From positions 560,418,001 to 560,482,000 of the forward strand of contig JBNRSN020000001.1 in NCBI GenBank assembly GCA_051313645.2: 64,000 nt of DNA, written 5' to 3'. The stretch comes from Centroscyllium fabricii (taxonomy: Eukaryota). Positions 12,531 to 24,300 of the stretch are shown in pieces. The translations under genes were made by a program, and so were the position numbers. Each line of letters begins with the position of its first letter. Within the stretch, counting starts at the first letter, position 1. The notes beneath the pieces are model-generated. The model did not search any database, was not told where the DNA came from, and saw only the letters and a program-made list of their open reading frames with translations.

Positions 12531-12832
12531 TGTGACTGAAATAACGACTTCGTGGACGAGTAGTTAGAAGGGTGAAACAATACGGCTTTTATTCGCTAAA
12601 TGGTGGACATGCACCAGCTAGTCGACCGTCCCCCAGGAATGGCCGGGGGCTGGGAGACGGCCGCTTATATACCTCCTCCTGGGAGGGAGGAGTCACGGGT
12701 GGAGCCAGCATAGGCATGTCCAGGTAATCGCACACAATAGGCTATGGTACAACATGGAGAACAGTGCGATTACAGTAATACAGATATATACATAACAGGG
12801 TGGATATATACAGGAAACAGTGGTTTACCACA
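12531..12832 (-). repeat. Element B 5' LTR
   Basis: TATATAA and AATAAA on the minus strand; TG..CA. Confidence 0.95.
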
Positions 12833-14051
12833 TGTCGTATACAAGGAAATGAAGATTCAATATTGTATTTTCTGTGTAGTTAAAAGGATTAGGTGGCCAA
12901 CAGGACAAAAGATCTTCAACCCGAGGCTTATCTCGAACTGACTTTCTAAAAAAAACACAAGGATTTTATTTAAATAGCAAACAGAGGATAAAGACTTGTA
13001 AGTAGCACACGAGAGATCTCTGGTAAAGACCAGCCTTTCCCAGCTTTGTACATATGGTTCAAGTTACTAGTACCTGGCTACAACCTCACCTTCTCCCTGT
13101 TAGCCCTCTGTCCCTCCCCTACAGCGTGTACAGAGCCAGTGCTGGCAGACGAAAAGACTGACAGTACCAGCTGGAACAAGAATGTGAACTGTGGCTCCGT
13201 CATGGAATAACATCACAACTAAGGATCTGATTACACTCCAGTGGCAAGCAATCAAGAAAATGCACGGGTGAAGCTCAAATTACACGGGACGTTGTTCGAT
13301 CACCGTGACATTGCTCTTTGAACAAATGCAGCCATTATTTGGACCTCTGAACATGGGACGGCTTACAGAAAGTGATGTTCCCTTAATTTAACATCAGGCT
13401 GAGAGGCACTTGCAGCAGTACACAATTCATAATCAACAATGTGGAGTCGATTTTAACCCTGCCTGCCCGGCAGAAACTGAACGGTGGGCCGGTAACGACA
13501 AGCAGGTTACTCACCCAACCCTTTCCCAACATTTCTGATTTTAACCTGTAGGTGGATGAGACACCCAGGCAAGGGGAGCAAATCAGGAAGCTATTACGTC
13601 AATACAACCCCGATTGCATTTTAACTGAGGTCTGAGCAGAGATGCTGCTGCTTTCTCGCCAGGCTGCAGCAGGTTGGCAGGTAGAAAAGGTCCTCCAACG
13701 TAAGTGTGAAACCTTCCTTTGCCTGCCAGGAAGTGCAGGAGAGTTCCTCCAGATTCCACAAGTAAGGTCCCAGTCTCCCCTACCCCAGAATTCCCTCCCT
13801 TCCCTCCGAAAATCCTCTCCCTGCCACTTAACTACAAACCAGTGGGGGCAGCTGAGGGTTCCCAGAGCTCTTCCTGCCGCCAGCCCCTCTCTGCCCTCTT
13901 CCTGTCTGTTCTGGCGGGCAGTGGACCAATGGCAGTTAATTGAGGCCAGGGAGTTGAAATACCTGGGACCAGGAACTCTTCTCTCCGAAATGAAGAATTG
14001 GAATCCCGCAATTTGTAGACCACTGCTGTGAGCAGTCATTTTTGAGGGGTG

Positions 14052-14338
14052 TGTGGTAACCATATGTATGTATAAATTACCACCGTAATATTGGTGCCAA
14101 TATTACCAGTGTACATAGCGGTCGGGTGCATAAGATGTTGCGACACTGTCGTGGGGCCAGGTCAGCCACACCTCTAACTCCTCCCCCAGGTGAGGCCCTT
14201 TATAGGTGAGGACTGACCGGACCCCAGCCATTCTGTACCTGTTGTTCGTTCGGAGTATAGCTCCTATAAGTCAATAAAAGCCTGTAGTTAAGGTCACTAC
14301 TCGTCTTTGACTTTATTGAGTTAATTGACGATACGTCA
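14052..14338 (+). mobile_element. Solo LTR, element-E-like Gypsy family
   Basis: TG..CA, perfect TSD GGGTG, AATAAAAGCC, end TTGACGATACGTCA. Confidence 0.92.
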
Positions 14339-14440
14339 GGGTGGCAGGTTGATTTGCAAATTATACTTCTTTTCCCAACACCAGGCCCGATTTTAGCTTT
14401 CGGCCAGTTTTTGGGCGGGTGGATAACGGCACGAGTTAAA

Positions 14441-15407
14441 GGGGTAAATTTTCCCTCGGGTGTGGGGAATTGGTGGGTTTCTGGCGAGTCAGGTTTCCCA
14501 CACGAATGCTAAAGGGCCTGGGAGTCCCATGCAATTTTGGCTCAATTGGCCAATGAATTCCCTGCATGTGGGAACCCTTGCCACTTGACTATTTTCATTC
14601 TGAAAGTCGGCGGGGTGCCGACTGCTTAAAGAACAGAGCCCCGTTACAAAGCAAAGTGCAGCACAGCCCTTTGACTGGCAGCTCCTGGTCAGTTACAATG
14701 GGTAGTAAACCACAGCCCTTTGACTGACAGCTCCTGGTCAGTTACAATGGGTAGTAAACTACAGCCCTTTGACTGACAGCTCTGGTCAGTTACAATGGGT
14801 TGTAAACTACAGCCCTTTGACTGACAGCTCCTGGTCAGTTACAATGGGTAGTAAACCACAGTCCTTTGACTGACAGCCCCTGGTCAGTTACAATGGGTAG
14901 TAATTCAGAGCCCTTTCATTGACAGCTTCTGCAGAGCTATCTGTCAAACATGGGACACAGTTGCAAGGTGAGTTTATTAGAAGCTTTAATCTCACTGAAA
15001 TTGTACACCCTGGGGATACAGTTAGCCCTCCTACAGGCTGCTACCCAGGGACGACTTCTGGTACAGCTGATTGCATGTCATCCTTTGACTTGCAGCTGAT
15101 ACTCAGCATGCAGATTGTGTCCCCGCCAGGTTTCACTGGCGGGGTTTCAAGCTGGCGGGTTATGGGTGGGGAACACCTGAAAATAGCAAGGGCACCTTAA
15201 AATGGCATTATACATGCCAATTAAGGGTCCTTAAGGAGCCTAACGACCATTCCCGCCGGTCGCGGGTGGGAAAGATTCGGGGCGGGCAGACACGGCGGCA
15301 GGAAATTGCAAAGCGGTGGGGATCCGGCGGGGGTCGGGACCCCCCCCGTTTTGCTATTTTGCGCCCCGCCAGAAAACCCGCCTCACGGCCCGAGGAAAAT
15401 TTACCCC
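14441..15407. mobile_element. Non-autonomous PIF/Harbinger-like DNA transposon
   Basis: TIRs GGGGTAAATTTTCC(C)TCGGG / CCCGAGGAAAATTTACCCC; 3-bp flanks AAA/AAA. Confidence 0.75.
14662..14930. repeat. ~49-bp minisatellite, ~5.5 copies
   Basis: Unit CACAGCCCTTTGACTGACAGCTCCTGGTCAGTTACAATGGGTAGTAAAC. Confidence 0.95.
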
Positions 15408-15779
15408 AAAGTCTCACCTGCTGCTCCAGAAATGAGGCGCAGGGTACTTTAACTTCCTGTCCTCATTTAAATCCCGCCGACTTCCCACCCATTTCAGAAA
15501 GTCAGCGGGAAGGGACAGGAAAACACACAGCTTGGAGGTACTCTTGCTCCCCCACTGGCCTCACAGGAAAGCAAACACCTCTTTGGGCCTCCTCTGGTTC
15601 CAGATCCTTTTTCCGCTGTCTTGACCTGGCTGAAAGGTCACAATGGCTTCCTGCTCAGGCTGCCATTTAAAATGAAGTCATCGGGAAATGACATGCATAA
15701 GTAACCAGGGACCCCGACAGTTTTTGGAAATGTACTTGAATCCTGTGTAACTGCTGGGATATTCTGTTCCCTTACTTAA

Positions 15780-16375
15780 TGGGAATTTTAACCCCAGAAA
15801 ACGGGCAGGTTTGGGTCGGGTGGGAGGTTAAAGTGTTAAAAATCTGAAACCCAACCCCAACCTGCACACTTCCGGTTTTACCGGTGGTGGGGCAGGCAGC
15901 CAACCTGCTCTCAGGAGGCGGATTGGCACTTTAAACATGATAATGGGGCTGGAAGTCTCGGATTTAATCTGATTTACAGGTTTGACTGTGGCCGTGCCTT
16001 GGGATTACTGGCAGCTGAAACCAGGTATGGACAACCTCGCGGAGCGATCCTTGTGGGCCGGGAGGAGCAGGAGTGCTTCCCTCCAGCCCCTCAAGCTCTC
16101 CCACCATTAGCAACGCACCCCCCCCCCCCCACAAAAGGTCAGACCTCCTCCCCACCCCCGAGGTTGGGGACCAGACCTACATAGGGTTGCGACCTCTTGC
16201 CCAGCGTTCCCCACCTGATTGGAAGCCAGCCTGTCAATCCGGGCGGGGGAGCTGTCAGTGACATCACACACACGCTATTGAGTTGAAACTCTACAGCGTG
16301 CAGGGAAACCCGGGTTTCTCGCGCTCCAACGAGCCCCTCCGCTCCCAACAGATGTCCAGGTAAAAATCCCTGCCA
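15780..16375. mobile_element. Degenerate Harbinger-like non-autonomous element
   Basis: GGGAATTTTAACC ... GGTAAAAATCCC ends; left arm resembles 55408-55700. Confidence 0.45.
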
Positions 16376-16704
16376 ATTTCTCTGAAGGTGCCAAGCACAC
16401 TATCAAATGCAATATGTTCACCAATGCCTGAAACTAAATAGCACCCCAGATGGCCTCCATTGACTGCCTTGATGGGAGTGGATATTATCTTATAAAAAAT
16501 AAAATATGATTAATAATGTTGAGTGAAAGTTTAAATAAGATTTACTGGCCTGCTCCTTTTAGAGATTTGGTTAATGCTAAAATGTAGCCCGATGGCAGTG
16601 AGCGCTTGCTTGTCACAACAAAATATCACTATCAGAATTTCACTGTACCAGGTGTTTTACTATTGCAAGAGCTGTCAGATTGGGCATTACCAACTGACTG
16701 TTTT

Positions 16705-16790
16705 AAGAAATGGAGAAGGTAGCAATCTCCCAGCAATGGAGGAAAGAAACCCGAGGTCACAACACAGAAGGCGTGGCTGGATGTGGCACA
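16705..16790 (+). pseudogene. Harbinger Myb/SANT-like gene, 5' piece (interrupted by element C)
   Basis: RKKPEVTTQKAWLDVA, continuing after 31025 towards RKCFNDLTRSG. Confidence 0.5.
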
Positions 16791-17027
16791 AATCAATATG
16801 CCAGTATTTGGTGAAGTGTAAATGAAGGCTTTTATTAGCTAAGAACTAGACCTGGTCTGCGATGAGTCCGCCCGGAATGAGAGTCAGGTGGGCGGAGCAT
16901 CCTCCTTTATACTCATACCCGGAGGCGGGATCAGCTGGTCTAGGTCCTTACAGAAAGGAACAGATTTATTAGCACAAACTATATACAATAATAACACAGT
17001 GTGAACCACACTAAATGGTTCACCACA
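16782..17027 (-). repeat. Element C 3' LTR
   Basis: Matches the reassembled 26098-26289 + 30971-31025. Confidence 0.92.
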
Positions 17028-17134
17028 TTCACCCCTTCCTTAAAAAACAAGTCCCGCGGGGCGAATATCAGCACTGCGTTATCAGTCTTTGAGGAGGTCG
17101 AACAGTCTGAGAAGACCTGCGAAGCAGTGGCGAT

Positions 17135-20100
17135 TCACATCAATAGGCGGGAGTAGTCGCAATCGGAAAAGACGCCTGACGGGGCTCCTGACGTGAACAG
17201 GGACTCCACCGGTGGAAGAGGAGGCTCATGCGCAGGAAGATCTGGTGGAGGTGTAGCAGCCGCCGGAAGAGTAGGTTGAGCAGTGTGATGAACTCCGTCG
17301 TGCATTGTAGGTGACAAGGGCCCCAATGTAGTGTGCGCCGGTGAATGAAAAGAAGGCCCCTATTGTGGACATGCGACCTGGGAGGGCAAGGGCTCCGCCA
17401 ACAACTCTAAGTGAACGTCTCCAGCGGGCGCGAGGTCCCTAATCGAGATGGTATCCTCACGCCCGTCTGGGTACTCCACGTAAGTGTACTGAGGGTTGGC
17501 ATGCAGCAGGCGCACACGTTCAACAAGGGGGTCCATCTTGTGCCCACGGGCATGTCTCCGAAGCAGAACCGGCCCTGGGTTGGTAAGCCACGTAGGCAGA
17601 GACATCCCCGAAGTCGATTTCCTGTGGAAAGAGAAGAGTCTCTCGTGAGGAGTGCAACCGGTAGCTGTACACAAAAGGGAACGAGTAGCGTGGAGCGCAT
17701 CCTGGAGGACCTCCTGCCAGTGGGAGGTTGGAAGGCCTTTGGATCAAAGGGCCAGAGCAATGGCCTTCCAGATGGTCCCATTATAACGTTCTACCTGGCC
17801 ATTCCCCCGGGGGTTGTAACTGGTCGTTCTGCTCGAGGCAACCCCCCTCGCGAGCAGAAAATGACGCAGTTCGTCACTCATAAATGAGGACCCCCGGTCG
17901 CTGTGTACGAAGCCGGGGAGGCCAAAAATGGTGAATAGCGTGATAAAATGCTTTATCACTGTTGCACTCGTCATATCTGGGCATGGGAATGCAAAAGGGA
18001 AATGGGAGAACTCGTCGACCACAGTGAGGATGTACGAGTTACGATTGGTAGAGGGGAGGGGACCTTTGAAGTCCACACTCAGGCGCTCGAATGGGCGGGT
18101 GGCCTTGATGAGGTGCGCCCTGTCAGGCCTGTAAAACTGGGGCTTGCACTCAGCACAGACAGGGCACTCCTGCGTCATCGCCTTGATCTCCGCAATGGAA
18201 TAAGGGAGATTGCGTGATTTGACAAAGTGAGCGAGCCTGGTGACCCCCGGGTGACAGAGATTAGCGTGGAGGGTCTTCAGACTACCCGACTGGGCGCTGG
18301 CACACGATCCTCGGGAAAGGGTGTCCGGGGGATCATTAAGCTTCCCTGGCCGGTACAGAATATCGTACTCAAAAGCGGAGAGTTCGATCCGCCACCTGAG
18401 GATCTTGTCATTCTTGATCTTACCCTTCTGTTTATGGTGGAACATAAACGCTACTGACCGCTGGTCAGTAAGAAGGGTAAAACGCTTACCGGCCAAATAG
18501 TGGCGCCAGTGGCGCACTGCTTCCACGATTGCTTGGGCCTCCTTTTCCACTGAAGAGTGGCGGACTTCAGGGCCTTGCAGGGTACGGGAGAAAAAAGCAA
18601 CGGGCCTGCCTGCCTGGTTGAGGGTGGCGGCCAGGGCAAAGTCTGAGGCGTCGCATTCGACCTGGAAGGGGAGAGACTCATCAATGGCGTGCATGGTTGC
18701 CTTGATGATGTCCTGCTTAATACGTGAAAATGCAATTTGGGCCTCTAATGGGAGCGGGAAGGAGGTAGCTCTGAGGAGAGGCTGGGCCTTATCAGCATAA
18801 TGGGGAACCCATTGTGCATAATACGAGAAAAACCCCAGGCATCTCCTCAAAGATTTGGGGGAGTGCGGCAGAGGCAGCTCCTGAAGGGGGCGCATACGTT
18901 CGGGATCAGGGCCGAGGACCCCACTCTCAATTACGTAGCCGAGGATAGCCAACCGGTTAGTGTTGAAAACACACTTATCCTCATTGTAAGTGAGGTTCAG
19001 ACGCTGGGCCGTACGGAGAAACCTGTCCAAATTATCATCGTGATCTTGCTGGTCATGGCCGCAGATCGTGACATTGTCCAAATACGGGAAGGTGGCCTGC
19101 AAATGGTACTGGTCAACCATTCGGTCCATCTCCCGTTGGAAGACCGAAACTCAGTTAGTAACCCCAAAGGGGACCCGGAGGAAGTGAAAAAGGTGCCCAT
19201 TTGCCTCAAAGGCAGTGTATTTACGGTCCTCAGCTCTGATGGGGAGCTGGTAATAGGCCGACTTAAAGGTCGATGGTGGAGAAGACCTTATACTGAGCAA
19301 TCTGGTTAACCATATCATTTATCCTAGGAAGCGGATAAGCGTCGAGCCCAGTGTAGCGGTTAATGGTCTGACTATAGTCAATGACCATGCGCTGTTTGTT
19401 GCCCGACTTAACCACTACCACCTGGGCCCGCTACGGGCTGTTACTGGCCTCGATGATGCCCTCCCGCAACACCCGGGCAACCTCTTCCTTAATAAAGGTG
19501 CGGTCCCCCACGCTGTATCGCCTACTCTTAGTTGCAATGGGCTTGCAGTCAGGGTCAAGGTTGGTGAACAGCGAGGGGGGGTCTATCTTCAAGGTAGACA
19601 GACCGCAAGAGGAGTGTGTTTGTGAGGCAGGGCAGTCGCGGCTGCTGACCGTGAGAGGAGGCAGGGGACCACCGTACGCCATCGTCAAGCTCTGCAGATG
19701 GCACTGGAAATCCAGGCCAAGCAACACAGGGGCACAGAGCTGTGGGAGGACGTACAGTGGAAAGTTGCGGTATGTTGTCCCCTTCACAGTAATGGTGACT
19801 GTACAGCAGCCGATGACATCCACAGTCTGGGAATCGGAGGCGAGGGAGATTTTATGATGCGCGGGCCTAACCCTGAGGGAATAACGGCACACCCTATCAG
19901 GGTGTATAAAGCTCTCCGTACTCCCAGTGTCGAACAGACAGCGGATGAGGTGCCCCTCCACCCGGATGGTCATTGTTGATAAAGTAAGAGACGAGTTTGG
20001 GGCCGTAGAGGCAAGTGTGGTGTGCGCGCTGGGGCCCTTGTGCAATGCAGCGTCCGCGGTTGGTGGCGGCGCCTGTGATTCGCACGCGGCGGGCTGCGGT

Positions 20101-21083
20101 GGTGTTTTGGACCGGTGGGTGAGTCTCCAAGAACCCGAATGCTGAAGTGGTCTTGAGTAGTCTGTTGCAGCTGCCAGGACTGCCGAGGTTGATTTTAAGT
20201 TGCTAGTTGCTGCAGCAGCCTGTTCATTTAAATTGTTCTTTTTCCTACACCAAGATGGCGTCGTCGCGTGATGGGCCGGGCCCGCTGCAGGCGGAGTGCG
20301 GCCCGTCCTATACAAAGATGGCGTCGTCACGTGACGGGGCGGGGCCTCTGTTGCCGGGATGCAGGCCGTCCTGCACCAAGATGGCGGCGTCACGTGATGG
20401 GGCGGGGCCTCGCGCCGCTCCAGCAAAGAAGAAGGCCGCGCCTCCGTGACGCGGGAAGATGGCGGCTTCATGTGATGGGGCGGGGCCTCTGCTGCCCAGA
20501 GGCCCGACGGCGCCCTAGTTTCACGCCGTTCCAGCGGTGAAGAAGAAGACCACGCCCCCAAAGATGGCAATCCGGCGCGGGACCCGACAGAGGGAAGAGA
20601 CGCCCCCGCCCCCAACGATGGCGCAGAAACGATGCTGGCAGGCCGCTCCCGAGGCAATGTAGGTAAAAAAAAATTTGGGGGGCCGCTGTTGGGGGACGCC
20701 AGGTACCTGAGGCCACTCTGTGGTGTGGGCAGCGCAGGCTGCTGCCGTTTTGCCTGTAGATTCCGGGGCCGATTGGCAGACCTTCGCAAAGTGGCCCTTC
20801 TTGCCACATTTGGAGCAGGATGATGACTTTGCTGGGCAGGATCTTCGTGGATGACGTTTCTGGCCGCAAAAAAAGCATTTTGGAGGCGCTGGCCGTCCAG
20901 ATGGTGCCGCGGCCGCCACGGTCGCCGTCGAACGCGAGTCCCAAGGCCCTGTGGGAGCCGTGCCCCGTGTATGAATCCAGGCTTCGGAGGGCCCCATCCA
21001 CCGCGTTGGAGAGCTTCACCGCCTGGTTCAGGGACAAATTATCCTGCTCGAGCAGGCGGGTGCGCGCTGGGGCCGATCGGATT
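17135..21083 (-). pseudogene. Element C gag-pol, distal part (several frameshifts)
   Basis: CFFCGQKRHPRRSC, CSKCGKKGHFAKVC, LFDTGS, YLDN, SVDFKGP/HSDRG/VERY spread over several ORFs; 3' end approximate. Confidence 0.88.
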
Positions 21084-21088
21084 CCTGC

Positions 21089-21307
21089 TGTGGTAATACA
21101 GAACAGCTTCTATCTGCTTACATCACTTCCGGGGACCTATGAACGTTTGTATGATGTCACTTCCTGTAACTAGCCCAGTATAAATACTGGGCTACTCACT
21201 ATGATTTAGTAAGAGGCATAGTGAAGACCTCTTTTGTATGTAGCACCTTTATAAGTTGATTAAAGCTTACCTTAAGTTCCTATCATGTAAGTTTCATTCT
21301 TACAACA
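21089..21307 (+). repeat. Element F 5' LTR
   Basis: TG..CA, TATAAATA at 21179, ATTAAA at 21259. Confidence 0.95.
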
Positions 21308-21319
21308 ATTTAATCAACT

Positions 21320-24300
21320 TTGCAAAACCTCTCACTCAACTCGAACTTTTGGACAAAACTCGGAGCTGAGGATCCAGGGAAGCCACCAGCATGGAGAACC
21401 TCCTTAGACCGACTCGTCTCGATTTGGACCCAAACACCCCAGCAGCTGATAAAGTCTGGAAACACTCACGCTTTTGAAAATTTTCTTGTATATTGTGAAG
21501 CTGATGATGACATGAAGCTCAAGTTACTAATCAACTATGTCACCCCAAGGGTATATGAATGTGTGGATCATTGGACTAATTTTGATGAGGCAATTCGGAC
21601 ACTTCAGAGACTATATACTAAGACACCTAATGAGGTCTATGCTAGACATCTACTAGCTACAGCCCGACAAGGGCCAGAGGTATCAATTGATAAATTCCTT
21701 CATGAGCTTCGCAGGCTTAGCATGAATTGTAACTTTCAGGCGGCTTCAGCTGAGCTGTACCGTGAAGAGATGATTCGTGATGCCTTCATCTGCGGGCTTG
21801 CCTCCCCATTTATTCGCCAGCGTCTACTCGAAAGTAAGACACTGGAACTACAAAAAGCTTATGACTTGGCTTGTTCTCTGGATTTGGCAAAAAGAAATGC
21901 AGACCTTTATGAAGTACCTAGACCTCGAACTGCTGCTTTAACCACAACCAGACAATTTAAGCGGCCACAGGTGAACTCTATTAGGGAGGACTTTTATCCT
22001 GATGATCAATCTGAGGACTTCACTGATGAAGAAGATAATGACCCCACTCTGGCAGCCTCTTGGCGATCTAAGAAATGCTTCTTTTGTGGTGATGAGTTTC
22101 ATCCTAGGAAATTCTGCCCTGCTCGCAATGCGATTTGCAGTCATTGTGACAAAAAGGGTCATTTTGCGAAGGTTTGCCTATCACGAGCCTCTACGAGGGC
22201 TTATCAAGCTCAGTCCTATCGAACTGCCCCAATTAGGGCCTATCAAGATATTCCGGCTAAATCTTATCATGCTTCCTCTCGGGGTTTTTCCCGAAGAAGC
22301 ACACCTAGAGTTTCTGCCACTCTTTGTGCAACAACATCAATTACAGCTGCTTGTCCTCCAAATCTATTCTATGCTGCTGTGAAGGCATCAATTGCTGGAC
22401 ATACTTTAGATGCCTTAATTGACTCTGGCAGCTCTGATAGTTTTATTAGGGAACAGGTTGTTACAAAGTTAAAGCTACATGTTTTCCCATCCAACCAGGC
22501 AATTGCGATGGCTCAGTCGTCGCTCAACACCAGAACCTCCGGCTTTTGTATTGTTGAAATATCACTTAATGGCCACAGGTATCCCTCTACCCGGCTTTCG
22601 GTGCTCAAGGACCTGTGTAGTGACCTTCTCTTAGGGCTGGACTTCCAAAAGCAGCATAAGACGCTCACTATTGAGTTCGGCGGATCCAAACCCGGACTCA
22701 CTGTTTCTAATATCCTGCCTCAATTACCGTTCTGTGCGTTGTCAGCGGCTTCGCTGGATGAACCCTCACTATTTACCAGTATTCCTCCTCGATGCAAGCC
22801 AATTATAACAAAATCACGACGTTTCACTCAGGAAGACCAGTCCTTTATTGCGACTGAAATTTCTCGGCTTTTGGCAGAGGATATCATCGAGCCTTGTTCA
22901 TCGCCATGGCGGGCCCAAGTTGTTATTGTTAAAAATCCTCTGCAGCCTCACAAGAAATGGCTGTGCATTGACTATTCACAGACCATCAATCAATATACGG
23001 ACTTGGACGCCTACCCATTGCCGCGCATAGATGATATGGTTAATAAATTGGCTGAGTACACGGTGTTCTCAACGTATGATCTGAAAAGCGCCTATCATCA
23101 AGTACCTTTGAAAGTCTCAGACAAGCAGTATACGGCCTTTGAGGCCAATGGACGGCTGTACCAGTTCCGTCGCCTCCCGTTTGGGGTCACTAATGGAGTG
23201 GCTGTCTTCCAGCGGGCAATGGATGACTTCGTCAAGCAGGAAAACTTAAAGGATACTTTTCCTTATCTAGATAATATTACTGTTGCAGGTCATGATCAAC
23301 AGGAACACGACGCCAATCTCCAACGATTTCAGGATGCCCTCCAGCACCGTAATTTAACATTGAATGCATCTAAATCTATTGAGTCGCAACCAACCATAAA
23401 CATCCTTGGCTATTGTGTGGGCAATGGCATAATTAAACCGGACCCTGAAAGGCTTCGTCCGCTCCAAGAGCTCCCGCCACCTAAGAATCCAGCCTCCTTG
23501 CGTCGGGCCCTCGGCCTCTTTGCGTATTATGCTAAGTGGATTCCTAACTTCTCGGACAGAATCCAACCCCTACTGAAGGCCGGAACATTTCCATTAGACA
23601 CAGCGGCTGTTACAGCCTTTAATCTTCTAAAACAACTGTTGGAGAAAGCGGCCCTTCACTCTGTTGATGAGAATCTGCCCTTCGTCGTTGAATGTGATGC
23701 CTCAGAAGTGGCGATCTCGGCTACTCTGAATCAAGAAGGTCGTCCGGTGGCATTTTTATCCAGGACCTTTCAAGGTGCCGAAATACATTATCCTCCAGTG
23801 GAGAAAGAAGCTACAGCCATTATCGAGGCAGTACGGAAATGGAACCATTTCCTAGCTCGGCAACACTTTACGTTAATAACAGACCAGCGATCGGTCGCTT
23901 TTATGCTTGATAATCGGAAACGAACCAAAATTAAAAATAATAAGATCCAGCTTTGGCGGATGGAATTGGCCTCTTTCGGTTACACCATCCACTACCGACC
24001 TGGCAAGGACAATGTGGCCCCGGATACCCTCACACGAGCATTCTGCTCCGCCGTGTCACCCTCTACTCTCGTGGAAGTCCATGATGGATTGTGTCATCCT
24101 GGCGTTACCCGCATGTTACACTTCGTGCGATCACGGAATCTCCCTTTTTCTACCGGGGATGTCAAGAAGATGTGCTCGGACTGCAGAGTCTGTGCAGAAT
24201 TAAAGCCTCAGTTTTTCCGCCCCTCGGGTGGTACGCTCATACATGCGACCCAGCCGATGCAACGGCTTAGCATTGATTTTAAGGGCCCGTTGCCCTCTTC

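Larger units (their letters stand above)
8190..12832 (-). mobile_element. Element B: Ty3/Gypsy LTR retrotransposon (self-complementary-PBS, YLDN lineage)
   Basis: LTRs 8190-8490 and 12531-12832; TSD TGTGG/TGTCG; PPT AAGAAGGGGTGAA. Confidence 0.93.

Noticed and set aside
12840-12945. Host exon disrupted by element B (strong minus-strand acceptor TTTTTTTAG)
   Set aside because: All frames stop within ~45 codons and none gives a recognisable protein
14662-14930. CRISPR-like array with palindromic repeats
   Set aside because: Units are contiguous with no unique spacers, there are no cas genes and the context is vertebrate; it is a minisatellite
16770-16790. TSD for element C
   Set aside because: Left flank CTGGA does not match right flank AGCGT; the LTR edge looks eroded or deleted
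21320-21465. Element F as a fully intact autonomous ORF starting at 21320
   Set aside because: The start is TTG and the conserved gag N-terminus is in another frame from ATG 21391, implying a frameshift
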